64,000 bases of DNA from Eledone cirrhosa (lineage: Eukaryota): the NCBI GenBank assembly GCA_964016885.1, contig OZ024741.1:82646001-82710000 (forward strand), given 5' to 3'. Below the pieces are notes generated by a model, which saw only the letters and a program-made list of their open reading frames with translations, made no database searches and was not told the DNA's origin. The position numbers and the translations under genes were made by a program. Positions 47,201 to 61,844 of this stretch are shown here, piece after piece (positions within the stretch are counted from its first letter, which is position 1; each line of letters begins with the position of its first letter).

Positions 47201-47569
47201 AACATTCTTACGATTCCAAGGGTAAACGATTGCAGCATGGATGTCGATAATTTTCTTTTCCTTGACCATCTTCCCAAATGCGGTCGGATCACACTAAACA
47301 CAAACTTAACAGAACGAGTCAATATGTATCTTTACATATAAAAAGTGGATCCTACTCTCTACCAAAAAGACGGAAAATATGTTTTTATATTATTGGTTTG
47401 CATCTCACAACGACGCAAAAATCGGACGCGTATGCGAAAATGTGTGCCTTACATTTTATTTCACATTATATACACATGCACAAACACACATTCAGATTCA
47501 CACACACATTCGCACACAAACTGTTAATCTTTTTCATTCTCCAGTGAAATACATAAATATGACATATTT

Positions 47570-47670
<101 letters not shown>

Positions 47671-47704
47671 CGCGCGTGTGTGTGTGGGTGTGGGTGTGTG
47701 GGGG

Positions 47705-47763
<59 letters not shown>

Positions 47764-48956
47764 GTGTGTGTGTGTTTAAAAACACGTTTCTCGCTGCTTC
47801 TGTTAAAATAGTACACAATTTAATATATAATTGGATTAGATTCTTCAAATACATAGTAATATGCCTGCTGGCATATCTAGTTTGTTTTTAGTACCATGGT
47901 TGATGGATTTTCTGATAGCCTCTAGTGAAGTATTTCACGCTGAATAGTGGGTGATATAGATCGTTTCTGATGATCTTTCCAACAAGAACAGAAACTCGGT
48001 TAAAGCTCTTAATCTTCTTTCAAATTATGTATAAATACATGATTGAATAAAGAAATGTGTGTGTTTACGTTTCTTGCAACTTAAATCCTACATTCTTTTT
48101 GTACAACAACAAATTAATAAAATACCATAGTGAATACCTAATCGAAAATGTACAACAAACAGATTAACATGGGATTACGCTAGTGTGTATATTCCTCTCA
48201 GTAAGTGTGTATATGTATAATATGGCGCTAGTATAGAATTATTTGCGTGTAAATATTTTGTCTGTTGATCCGGTACACATTATACATGTATTTATTCACA
48301 TATAAGCATATATAATCCAAATGAATTTTGCTTTACTAGGCCCCCAAACCTGTGTTTAGCAGTAGCGTTATTTCCCAGACCGATTTCCTACAAAAAACGT
48401 ATTAATATTTTCCATTACTTTTACTTTCTGTTTAAACCGTTTCTTCTTATTTCTATTTCAAATTTGAAAACCAGCCGCTACGCATTTCTGTTTTTTATTT
48501 TTTATTTTTTATTTATTTATTTTTTTTTTTAGTAGTTTAGCTCCACTTACAAAGCTAACAATAGCTAAAAGCTCTTTAACATATAATTACTCGTTTAAAA
48601 ATGTTTACGAAGGTGGAAAATATATGCAGATTTTCCAATAAAATATCTAACAGCTAAAACATTAAGTTAATATCTTCAGCGCCTGTTTAATAAGAAAAAA
48701 GCCAAACATACTGATAGATGATAATCTTAATACACTATTTTTCATAAGTGCCAGAGTTTTCAATCCAAACCACTCTACCGTCTTCAAGTAAACATACTGT
48801 TTGATTAACAAATTACTAGAAAATATGTTTTCCCATATATCGCAAATAGTGAACGGTACTATCTTTCGTTATAAGATTCCAATGGGTCATTCATTGGTTT
48901 CGTTACCTGTATTTCTAAGGAAGAAAGTGACGAAATATACATAATTCTCTTTGCAG

Positions 48957-49050
48957 AACTAATATCAATAAGTATCTCATAACAACAACACCGGTTTCTG
49001 CAGTTTTCTCACCAAAGCAAAGAACAGCAGAAGTGCTTGAACGAACGCAG
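48957..49050 (+). CDS. Possible isolated host exon (94 nt)
   Basis: TTCTCTTTGCAG acceptor, CAG|GTGTGT donor, one open frame TNINKYLITTTPVSAVFSPKQRTAEVLERTQ, in non-repetitive DNA. No homology recognised. Confidence 0.25.
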
Positions 49051-49195
49051 GTGTGTATGAATGCATATACTACATGTTTAGAATAAATAAACATACATAA
49101 GTCTCGCTCTGTATGTTTTAAGCTGAGATAAGTAAAATCTACAGCGTATATAACGTTCGCATACATATACATTATTTCGTAAATATAATTGTTTT

Positions 49196-49356
49196 AACTT
49201 TTGGCACAAGGCCGGCAATTATCCCAGTGCATTACTGGTACTTTATTTTATCGACCCCATTAGGATGGAAGGCGAAGTTAACCTTGGCCGGATTTGAAAT
49301 CAGACCGTAAAGGGGCGTCACTCTATGCTACAAAGCATGGCATCCGGCCCTCTGCC
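49196..49356 (-). mobile_element. tRNA-derived SINE (partial)
   Basis: TTGGCACAAGGCC..TGGTACTTTATTTTATCGACCCC..GGATTTGAAATCAG. Confidence 0.8.
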
Positions 49357-51486
49357 AAAATAATAGTGGTTTAAAAGTTCGCTATGCAATCCTGAGATCC
49401 CTTGTTCAATCTCACTACTTGTCATATTAGTCAAATTTCTATAGTATTGTCTTTGGTTCACCCAAGATTTGTAAGTGAAATTTAGTAGACAAAACTTGTG
49501 TGGAATCCCGAGGATTGGATTATGTTAGGCTGATTAGACTAAGGAATTAGCTTAAGGACACAACCCTCTATAGAGAACTCAGCGACTTACATTTGAAAGC
49601 ATGGGCTGAATATACGGTTGATCAATTAACTAGATGCTCATAGTTTAAATCAATGTAAGATGGACTGCATCAACAATTCCTGTACTGCACTGATTCCGCT
49701 TATTGCAAATTGAATGTAGTGCACTTGCCACATTTATACTAAACTATTTACACTTATTTCACTTGTTGGACCTTCAGATGATCTAATCGAACAACAATTT
49801 CTAGATCGTCGAAACCGACCGAGCCGCCAGCTTAAGATTATTTTAGTACCCTGCGTGTAAATATGAAAACCATTACAGAAAATCGGGAAAGATTATATTT
49901 CTCTCATTTATTGCAGTGAATTGTCGAAATAATATTTGAAATGATTCAAAGTATTTCCACTTGATGATCAGTGAATAGTTTATCAATTTCTTTCAGAGAA
50001 TAAAGAATGATATAACAAATGGAAGCAGAGAAGGTAGAGGTGAAAATTGAAAAAAGGATGAATGACATAAAGAAGAAAGGAAAGAAAGAAAGTAATGATG
50101 GAAAGAAAAAAATAATTATTTACAAGTAGAACATTTGTTCCAGCTCAATGCTTGACAAGCTCAAGAATTTGAGAGAGATCGAATGTTTCTGTAAATGATT
50201 ATAAAATAGAGAGATAGAGTAAGGGGAAAGAGTATAATGTATGAATGTGTGTATATGTATGTATGTGTGTATGTATATATGCGTGTCTATTTGTATGCAT
50301 ATATGCGTCTAAGAGTGGAGTGTGTCAGATGTAAAGAGGATGAAAGGACAGTGTGAAGCGGAGAATGAGAGAAGTGGGAGAGCATAGAGAGATAAACTTG
50401 TAATGAAACGGTTCAGTAGTAAATGACATATTTAATAGAGATATAACCCTTGTTAGTAACGCCAATATATCAAATATGAACTACATAGAATCTGTTTTAA
50501 AAAATCTTCACCATCTTCAAAATAATAATTAATAGATAATTTTTACCTGGTGATGGCAGATGAGTAGAACGAAAGAAACGACTTGTCAAGATTAAATATA
50601 ATCACCAGAAGTAAAAGAGATTGGTGGTAGTTTGATTGCTAAAGGTTAGTAGGGTTGTTAGGAGAAATTTAACAATCATATGAATATTTTGAACACAATA
50701 CTTTATCAAGTTTTGAAATTGCGTTGCTTAGTGGTTAATATCTATTTTTTTTAATTTTACCTCTGTAACTCTAACCTTTGCTGCTCTCATAATCAGGTGT
50801 GATCCTACATACATCAGATCATCCCTGGCTCCAAATAAGATTATATTCACTTGCCAGAATATAAAATCCGGGTGCACCGTGACGGATTAAATACTGAGAG
50901 GCATCCCATCTGTTTCAAATGCCTCACCAGATCTGTCAATCCATCATTCATAGATTGATACACCCACAGTATGCAAGACAAATTTGACCTCGATAAGATT
51001 TGTCGCGATATCACACAAATACAGAACAAACACTGAGAGAATGTATCGGATTTTCTAACAATTCTGCCAATTAACAGCCCACAATCCCTGATAATTTACC
51101 GCCTAAGGACTCTGCTAATAACATGACTAAAGTCTCAGCCAATCCCCAATTATCGACAATGCCAATTCGTCAACTAAACACTTCACCAATTTGCCAGTTA
51201 ATGTCACTTCGATATGCCAAATATTATCTGCAAATCTTCCAAGTAATGCTTTTACCAATCCACCGTCTAAAGGAAGAATGGGGAGAAAGGTACGATAAAT
51301 CTATCCTACATTCTTGTCGGAGCCATAAAATTAAAAATAATTAGAAACCTTTCAGTATCTAATGACATAAAAAAACCTAAATGAGTTAAAACCTATTCAG
51401 AAAGAGAAAATCTATATGAGAAAAAAAAAAGTCGCAAGAAATTATTGGAAGTAATGGAAAAGAGAAGAAAGAATTCTGTGAAATTA

Positions 51487-51522
<36 letters not shown>

Positions 51523-52574
51523 GTCTGTGTAACTGAACAAACATTGATGTCATGACCAAGCAAGAGTACTATAGAATTCATAGAAAGATGAGAAAACTCA
51601 ACGCTACAACAACTCTTAACGTTGAAAAAGGCAGCGGTGGCAAAAATTCCTCAGAATACAGAGAGTCGAGGTCGGTGATCGGCAGAGAGACAATTCATGA
51701 GGTGGGTTACAGACAGAGGAAATATAGAAAATATTGAGGGGAGAGTAGAACAAGAGGTGTATTGGCGCTCAGAAATGGCTGGAAGAAGGAAATAAATAAA
51801 GGCGACAACCGCAGACGTTCACAGAAACACACACACATCTTCACCCTCATCATCATTCAGATCAGCAAAATGGTTTTGAATGATTTAATTGAGAGTACCA
51901 TTTTATAACGCTGGATCGTGCAACAGAGAAAAGAAATGTTACTGCTGATATGATGTGTGCGATAAAACAAACAGAAAAATCTTTTCAATATTTAATTTGT
52001 CTGTAACCCACTTCATGGATTGTCTCTCTTTCGGCCACTGGCCAACGTTTCCTGTCCTCTAAGCAATTTTCCCCATCGCTGTCATTGACAAGATTTAGCT
52101 GTTTTACAAATTAGAAAGCTTAATGCTAGAACAGCTGTTCTAGCATTAAGGTTTCTAATTGTTCTGTGAATGCTAATATAATCTCGCTTCGTCTCGACCA
52201 GAGACATGAATGTTTATTTATCTCTATCACAGCTATGATTAACTTTATATTTAGTACAGACACCACAGCCTGATGTCCACTATCCCGTTCTGTTCTTGTC
52301 TTCTGCAATGTTTTCCCTTGCACTCTCTCCCCCGTTATTCTTTTTTCCCTTCTCCTAATGCTCCTGATGTTACTCCCGTTTATTGCCACTTCCACCAAGC
52401 GTTATTTCTTTTTATTATGTCCTTTGTATCGGTGGCCTCTTATAGATAGGAAGTTCTGTATTTTTTTATCTTCTATTTTTTCTATCTCCTATCTTTTGCT
52501 CTATGCTTGGTTCAGTAAACCTGGTACACAATTCTACTAATAACGCCAGTTTCAAGTGTACTTAATCACAAGGC

Positions 52575-52790
52575 ATTCATCAACCAATGAAATTACATTT
52601 TAAAGGAACAGCAATCGGAGACACTTTTTTCGTATAAAAGAGAAAGAACTTTCGAACAAGAACTGGCCCGAAATTGAATATACTGAATCATGCGACAGTC
52701 ATCAACCAAACAGATTACATTTTAAAGAAACAGCATTCTGAGCCTCTTCTTCCGTATAAAAGAGAAATAACTTTCAAACACGAACCAGAT
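52575..52790. repeat. Diverged ~123-bp tandem duplication
   Basis: CATCAACCAA..ATTACATTTTAAAG.AACAGCA..CGTATAAAAGAGAAA.AACTTTC occurs twice. Confidence 0.75.
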
Positions 52791-52966
52791 GCGAGACAAA
52801 CCACAACAGAAACACAAACCCTCCATCTCAATTTTACTTTTGAAAATCAAAAGAACTGCGAAACCGGTACATAAATAAATATTCTTAAAAGATTCCAGTG
52901 GCATTTTCTATTTCTTTTCCTTAAATATATGATATACATATATATATATATACATATATATATATA

Positions 52967-53689
<723 letters not shown>

Positions 53690-54098
53690 TGTGTGTGTGT
53701 GTGAGTGTGTTTAGAAAGATGGGAAAAGAAATAATTCAGGAAGTGTATAAGAAAATGTTAAATGAAAAACAAGGTTCTCAGATATATTTTGAGAAAGTTT
53801 CTAATCTTTAATTTGAATGTCATGAAAAGCACCATATCGTCGTTTTGTTGTTGATGTTGTAGTTGTTGTTATTGTTATTATTTATTTTTATTTTTGTTGA
53901 TGCTATGTTATGTCTGTCGTAAAATATCCAGTCTGAGGCTCGAGTAAAACAATAATGTTGGAATTAACAAACATGAAAATCAGCTATGTAACGTTTAACT
54001 TTAATCATTGATGAAGTATATTATCTAGTATGAGATAATTACACATCACGTGCCCTAACGCATACGCAAACCACACACACACTGCACACCCACATGTG

Positions 54099-54134
<36 letters not shown>

Positions 54135-55100
54135 ATGAGAGAAAGAGAGAGAGAGAGAAAAAGAGAGAGAAATGGAGATGCATATATATATGTATAGATG
54201 TATGTATAAGTATGTCTATAAATGTATATATCTATATATATGTAGTAGAAACTTCTTGTTTTAAAAATGATTTTATATTTACTAGAAAGATATATTGTAA
54301 TTAAGTTGTATTGTAATAGATATAGAAAGAAACTACTGCATTCTGCTGATTGAAGTAAATAACACAGTTAATTGCACCGTATCTGGTTTCCTGTGGCGCC
54401 ACTTATCTCTGTATATGCTATCCAATAATATTTAAAAGCTACAACTCAATTCTGGTTATTGTAACACTTTTTTCTTCGTGCGTTTTTTGGCTAGCATTGT
54501 CTATGGTTCAATATTGGTATTGTTGTTTTTATTTTAAGGTTAATCGTGAACGAGAAGTAAAAACCTGTGCTCACATCAATTTCATTGCCTATCCTATACG
54601 ATCACATTATCTAGTGCATTTTTGTATCTTTGGATATAACATCGGAATACGTTTTGAGAATAAATCGACTTTGGTTTTTTTCTTTATTGAATGCTATCTC
54701 ACACTAATTTGTCAGTACCAATGACCTTATTTATTGAAATCAAATTTTCTAAGGATTGACATATAAAATGACTTCAATTTCCAGTTTTTATACAGTGAGG
54801 ATATCAATGGAAATTAGTATTTCTTAATATTGAAGAGCAGATGGTCAATCATATATGCACTCTAGTACGACTTTCACTATACATGAGAGGTCAGCAAACA
54901 TGATGTTGGCGTTTAGCCATGAATCTCTTCTCGTCGAACAATCTTACCGATACTATGTGCATCGTATTACAACAAATGCAGATATAAACACAGATATTAA
55001 AGCTATTTGGGCTGGAGCAACATAATACTCTAATGACAATAAAAGTAGTACATAATAGCACAGGTATTTCGAAAGAAAGAAACAAACACACGAAGGAGGA

Positions 55101-55356
<256 letters not shown>

Positions 55357-55797
55357 AACAGCATGTAGCTCTCAAGAGATATTGATAATATATAACCCAG
55401 TACAACCTGCCACCCTATAGGATCGTCGGTGACTAAACTGGCAACCATACCAAGCTTGCTTAGAGTGGATGCTGCTTCTGGACACCCTGTGGAATGAGAA
55501 ACAAAACTATTCCTATGTCGTAGGAACTAAAGATAAACAACGGTCATCCAATAGTGTGCATATAATGAATAGACTGGGATCTTTAACTTTGGTGAGAAAT
55601 CAGTCAAGGAAAGGCATCCATTTGATTTCAAAACCTGAGTAGATGGGATTTCTTAATCAATCGGTAACCATCTGTTTCATTCCTGTGATGAAAAGGGATC
55701 AGCTGCAAATCGAAAGCCAGCTCCTGAGCAATGGTTGGTCGAGGATTCGTTATTGAATTGTGTCAGGTGTTCTCGAGGAAAACAATGGACGTATAGC

Positions 55798-55902
<105 letters not shown>

Positions 55903-55921
55903 AATTATAAGTTTGAAGAAT

Positions 55922-56165
55922 AGTCAGACAAAATGTACCCAATCTTTTCTTCTTAGACCGTAGAAATCAAAACAGATAAATAATCATTTAAATCTAGCTA
56001 CGTTTAAAATGTAACTTTGAAGAAATAACAGATAAATGTTATCGATATTCCTCTATGAGGGACAGTCAGATAAAATTTACCTAGTCCTTCCTCTTAGTCC
56101 GTAGAAATTAACAAGAAAATAATCAATTAAACGGAGCGAAGTCTAAAATGTAACTTTGAAGAAAA
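55922..56165. repeat. Diverged ~142-bp tandem duplication
   Basis: AGTCAGA.AAAAT.TACC..CTTAG.CCGTAGAAAT..TAAAATGTAACTTTGAAGAAA occurs twice. Confidence 0.75.
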
Positions 56166-56726
56166 GAATTCTCCCAGTTCCGACTATCGATAGTTTCACT
56201 CGTACTTTGTGGAAATGCCTAATTGTTGCATTATCAACGAGACTCCAAGCTTTTGAAAGGCTCCTTCAGCTAGGCCTGAAATTGAAATTTCCAAATTGAT
56301 CGCCGTTAGTAACGAATTCAAAAGGGGCCAGGATATCATCTTTGGTTGTGAAAATAGAACAGTTTGAATCTTTGATGCTCCAGCTAAGATTTCCTGGTTT
56401 AATCTTTAGTTTCTTCAGATCAGCAATATATTATTGTGGTATTAAGTTCCTCAATGATGTACATTTGTTTAACTGTGTCTGATGTGTCTTGGATTCAGCT
56501 TTCGCTATTTTATACTGAGCTGATATTTGGCCTCATTTTCTTCTGATTCTCTGTTTCGGATAATGCTTTCTTTGTTTTTGTGACATCCACTGTTAAATGG
56601 AAAAGCTTTCCTTAAGTAAAATCTCTTTAATGTCTTTGAAGATAGTATCATAAAAGTTGTCGGAGACTTCATGAGATTTCACAGTTGTAAAACGGTTTTG
56701 CAACCCAAGTTTCAATCGGCCAGCTC

Positions 56727-57950
56727 TTGCGTTACATGAGAGTTAACTTTCGATGGTATTTTAGATATTCCAGGCCAAACATAATTGATACGAAATCCTG
56801 TGCGCACCGTACGGTGGACATATATATCAGGGGTCTTAAGAGCCTATTGAATTATGTTTACAAGCCTTTCATGAGTGTCATTGTAGCACGAGTGACGTCA
56901 GACCTTTACGCCTCAGTTCTTGAAATACATGCTGCGTATCAATCGGAAAAAAGGCAACATTGAGCAGATCCTAGCTATTGAATATAATCATTCAAAATAA
57001 ATAGAATTCAGGAAACCTGTGTACATCACCTTCATTGACTTGACAACAGATTTTGAGAGCGTGAAAATACCCAGATTGTGGCAACTCTTAAACAAAACCT
57101 CAATTAACACGAAATACATCAACCTACTGAAAGAAACATATACCAACTCATGGGAACTACATGATGTATAGACATCTTGAAAGGAGTTAAGCAGGGAGAT
57201 GTACTATCAGCACTTCTTTTCTGTATAATTATAGCTGCACCTATCATGGAAACTGAAGGAGAATGCTATTTTGCCTATCAATTAGGAGGTCATATCCTAT
57301 CAAATCGTAGCCATGCAGACGATCTGGTCATCATGACTTATTCTAGAACTGATCTGCAAAACTGTCTAAATGGCTTACACACCAACATCTTCAAAACGAA
57401 GTGTATGGCAACTGATAAAAAAAATCCACAACCAGCAAATTGCTAAAGTTACGCAGTTTGTATATTTCGGTCACAAACTATTATCAAACAACAATGGAAT
57501 GTTCGTTGTGCAGTGTCTCATCCCTCTGGCTTGGGCAGCTTTCAAAGAGAACAAAGAAGTGCTAACATCAAAACGAGTTTCTTGAAGGCCAAGATCTTCG
57601 TCACTTACATAGTGTTAATCGGACGACAAGGTCACCTCAGAAGCTCTCTACATTCCAGAACCACATAATGAGTCTTATGACCAACAAACGACTCAGCCAC
57701 CATATCTCTATCAATGAGCTACACAACATTACCAAGCTTAAGCCAGTCGCAGCAGTTATCAAGTCAAACTGTAAGGTTATATCAAAATATGAAGACGTAT
57801 TTTGAGTAAGTTATGGCTAGCAGGAAAGTTAGTCGGTAAGGGAAGCAATGGTCGACAGTCAAAAGGCGGGCTTGATAATGTCAAGGTATAGACTGAACTT
57901 GACATTTACTCTTTACACTCTGCTATTGGTGCTCGAACTTTGGGTAGTTA
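56727..57950 (+). pseudogene. RTE-clade LINE reverse transcriptase relic
   Basis: YIRGLKSLLNYVYKPFMSVI (NYRGISLL-like), FIDL, KGVKQGDVLSALLF, SHADDLV, N.FKTKCM, QFVYFGHKL, LAWAAF. Confidence 0.85.
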
Positions 57951-57989
57951 TTTCAGAGACACACAATTAACTTCTCGTATTCTGCTAAC

Positions 57990-58620
57990 TGCAGCCTAGC
58001 CCAAAACATAGTTAGTATTAATAACGATAGGGTAAAGAAACATAGACATAAACCAAACATTGTTGATGAGGACCAGACTATGCACACCAGCGATGCTGCG
58101 TCAAGTGTACTTAGGAATAGGACTGAACAAGAAACCGTCTCCGGTGCCGAGTTCTGCAGGAACCAACGCACCACGGATTCTACAATATTCAATAGGCAAT
58201 GGAAATGCAAGAACCCCAATGCATACCGGCTAGATAAAGACTGCCTCCGTAAAAATACGGTATAACAATGAAGGTTACCATCAACAGCTCAACATATACA
58301 TATATTGGGGCGACATCGACCATATTTAAAGACCACTGGTATCACCAATGCCATACCTGTAAAAGGAAGAAGTGCAAATGCACGGCCATCTCTGAGCTAA
58401 TATGGAAGCTCAAGTTAAATGAAATGCAGTATTCAACGAAATTGTCTAAGGTCAACCAGGTTCCCCCTTACCGTGTTAGGGTCTCTGTATACAATCTCCG
58501 TCTCTGTGAAACCCTTGAAATCGTTAAACGTGAACCAGAACTGACAGACTTCTTCGATACGTTTCTACACCTAACATCGGGAACCTTCCTCAAGCGATAT
58601 GGAAGATAATTCTAGGTAAC
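57990..58620 (+). pseudogene. Penelope-like GIY-YIG endonuclease fragment
   Basis: WKCKNPNAYRLDKDCLRKNTV*..TYTYIGATSTIFKDHWYHQ..TAISELIWKLK..PPY..CETLEI. Confidence 0.8.
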
Positions 58621-59039
58621 CGATAACCCTGACCCTCCATAAGCATTATAGTGTAGGAATGTGTCTGTCTGTCTAGCAACTTCACATAAGCGATACTAAA
58701 CGATAAACATAACCACTATGGGTTACTACATAACACACACTAACCACAAGTGTAGAAATGATAGTATAGCACATCACGATGGAACTAAATATATATCCCT
58801 AGGTATAGTAGAATTTACCTTTACTCTCATTGATAATAACACCTACTTAACCTAAGTTAATATACCCACACTACTAACAATGGCGCAGCAACTGGCAATT
58901 TTCATAAAACAGTGTTAACGGTACATTTCCATTTAAAGCTATATACTTAATTATTTTTCTCTTCATTTTTGATTTTTATGAGTGAACAGGGTCAACTACT
59001 TTGAAATAATTAGGATTACTACTACGACAATCACCACCA

Positions 59040-59048
59040 CTAGTACTA

Positions 59049-59125
<77 letters not shown>
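59040..59125. repeat. (TAC)n repeat
   Basis: Direct reading of the sequence. Confidence 0.95.
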
Positions 59126-60965
59126 ATGCTGCTGTTGCTGCTGCGAAAGATACTACTTAGCGTTACTAATATGACATTCCATTAAACTTGATCTTACATA
59201 ATCGTACTATTCTAGAATACCAGACAGTTTTGGCGCCAAACAACCCCACACTTGCAGCGGGGCATTGGAACACAATGGCATTAATCACATAAAATCAATC
59301 TAATATGGAGAAAATTAAGCCCCCTGATGTGGAAACATATTTTTCAAAAACAACATTTCTGATCAGTCCTTCAACTAATTCTGATTTCTTTGTTAAATTA
59401 ATATTTAATCAAAAATGGAATGATGAGCAGTGAGAATCACCCAATCCGATAGAATCAACAAACATAAACTATTGATGCTAGCTGAATTTCTGATACTGAA
59501 TCCAAACGGTAGCCGGGTCATAGCCGAGTAATATCAATATATCCTTGGGATATATCAAACATCCAATGAATGATAACAAATAGCTGTCTGATGACGTCCT
59601 ATCAATTACATAATAGATATCATCGAAATATATATAAAAGTAAAAATGTAATATCAGTAAAATGATGTAAGTTTCAAGTAAACTGACTTTATATATAAAA
59701 ACAATTTTTTAAAGGGAAGATTTAGAAAAAATATTTTTTTAAACTATAAATAAATCGAAACTCTGAGGATTTCTGAGTTTTCAGCTGTTGGGTTGGTCTT
59801 TGGCAGTTTCGACCCTTAATAAAGATAATGTTGATCCATTCGGGGTCACAGCGTCTGATACTGGAATCGCTGTCCATCTAGTAAGAGACACGAAAGAACA
59901 TTAATTTATCGCAATCAATCTATGAAATGTACACATATAATTTTAAATGACATGAGGGAGAATGTATTGTGTTTTTATAGCACGAGACTCTCGTGAGACA
60001 AACAAATGGAAAGAATGAAAAAGAAAAAGGAAAAACGGCAATAACAAGAAAGTAAGATATCGTTATTGGCTTGTGCGTGAGGAAATACGTACGTCACACA
60101 TCAATAGTAATAAACTTAAGAAAATCAACGAAAAAAAGACAAGACAACTAACGAAAACAAGGCAAAACCAAATACAATTTTTTGAAGGGGAAAACTTTAA
60201 AAATTATATTTTGAAAATAGAAATACACATTAAAAGCACAGAATTCCAGAGTCTTCAGCTATTGAGATAGATTTTGGCAGTTTCGACCCCTACCAACGAG
60301 AAGAAAATATCATCAGTGATATATCAACATGCGAAACTAAAACACTAGGTTCAATAAATAACATAGAAATACAGAACCTATGCGCACATAGAAATGACCA
60401 AACACTCAGACAAATTACAGATACCACACCCATGATAGACGATAGCCCTGTCCATAACAGAAAACACGAGTGAAATAGTAACAATCCGCGGCTTATCGAC
60501 TCAAGACAGATTAGAAAAAACCCCCAGAAACAACCAAAGACACGTACCAAATCACACGTAGACATCACAAACAGAAACGCACATACAGACAGAGACACAT
60601 GCGCAAACGCATGTACACACCACAAAACATGTACACACCACAGAACAAACAAACAAATGAATAATCAATAACGAAAGAGAAAATTATATGTGTGTGCTTC
60701 TCTCTGTTGGCAATATTGGCAACATGACCATCCACAAATATAACAATATATTTATATATAAGTATGTACACGTACATACATATATGTATACCGACGTACA
60801 GTAGTATGTATATATATATATACATACATGCACACATATATACATGCACGTATGGATTCACCGAACATTTATTATAATGCTCGGTGTGTTTGTAAACAAA
60901 CATCCCGTATTAAGCCGTAGTGTCTAGCAACCACCGTTGCTCGTTTGTTCAACACTGACAAAGGA

Positions 60966-61008
60966 ACGCTGTACTAGTTTCAAGCTTGTTAGCTATCGTC
61001 AGCAACGT
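60966..61008 (-). ncRNA. Minimal type I hammerhead ribozyme
   Basis: Minus strand: ACGTTG-CTGACGA-TAGCT-AACA-AGCTT-GAAA-CTAG-TA-CAGCGT; 6-bp stem I. Confidence 0.8.
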
Positions 61009-61387
61009 ATACCTTCCTGCCAGATTGTTGAACGTATATACTTACCTTATGCATATTAACGGCTGAGTAGCCTAATATGCATATCGAGTGGGTTAATCGG
61101 CCGGGTGCACCGAAAACGATAAACGGAAAAAATGAAACGATATTTCATTTCCCACTCTTAGTACGGCTGTTACTTAAATATAAGTATGTACACGTACATA
61201 CATATATGTATACCGACGTACAGTAGTATGTATATATATATATACATACATGCACACATATATACATGCACGTATGGATTCACCGAACATTTATTATAAT
61301 GCTCGGTGTGTTTGTAAACAAACATCCCGTATTAAGCCGTAGTGTCTAGCAACCACCGTTGCTCGTTTGTTCAACACTGACAAAGGA

Positions 61388-61430
61388 ACGCTGTACTAGT
61401 TTCAAGCTTGTTAGCTATCGTCAGCAACGT
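61388..61430 (-). ncRNA. Minimal type I hammerhead ribozyme
   Basis: Identical to 60966-61008, 422 bp away. Confidence 0.8.
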
Positions 61431-61588
61431 ATACCTTCCTGCCAGATTGTTGAACGTATATACTTACCTTATGCATATTAACGGCTGAGTAGCCTAATAT
61501 GCATATCGAGTGGGTTAATCGGCCGGGTGCACCGAAAACGATAAACGGAAAAAATGAAACGATATTTATATATGTATATGTATGAATG

Positions 61589-61619
<31 letters not shown>

Positions 61620-61745
61620 ATATATACCAACTAATAATATTATAATATTATAAAATTAAATCTAAATTTTTTTAACACTAGAAGTGAAGTCATTCGTTTC
61701 ATTATTTTCAAATATAACTAACTGTACCAAGGATTACACACGTTT

Positions 61746-61842
<97 letters not shown>

Positions 61843-61844
<2 letters not shown>

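Larger units (their letters stand above)
60761..61566 (-). mobile_element. Tandem array (~1.9 essentially identical 422-bp monomers); candidate young non-LTR retrozyme
   Basis: Exact period of 422 (60761/61183; HHRs at 60966/61388); flanked by TA-rich tracts. Confidence 0.85.

Noticed and set aside
49770-49830. CAGATGA..GTCGAAACCGACCGAG hammerhead-like motif
   Set aside because: The core is mutated and no NUH or stem I could be formed.
50800-51340. Possible decayed PLE linker / endonuclease
   Set aside because: The motifs are too degraded to call by eye.
59583-59640. CTGATGA..GAAATATATATA hammerhead-like motif downstream of a GIY-YIG relic
   Set aside because: Stem II overlaps the core and stem I does not pair; at best a decayed remnant.
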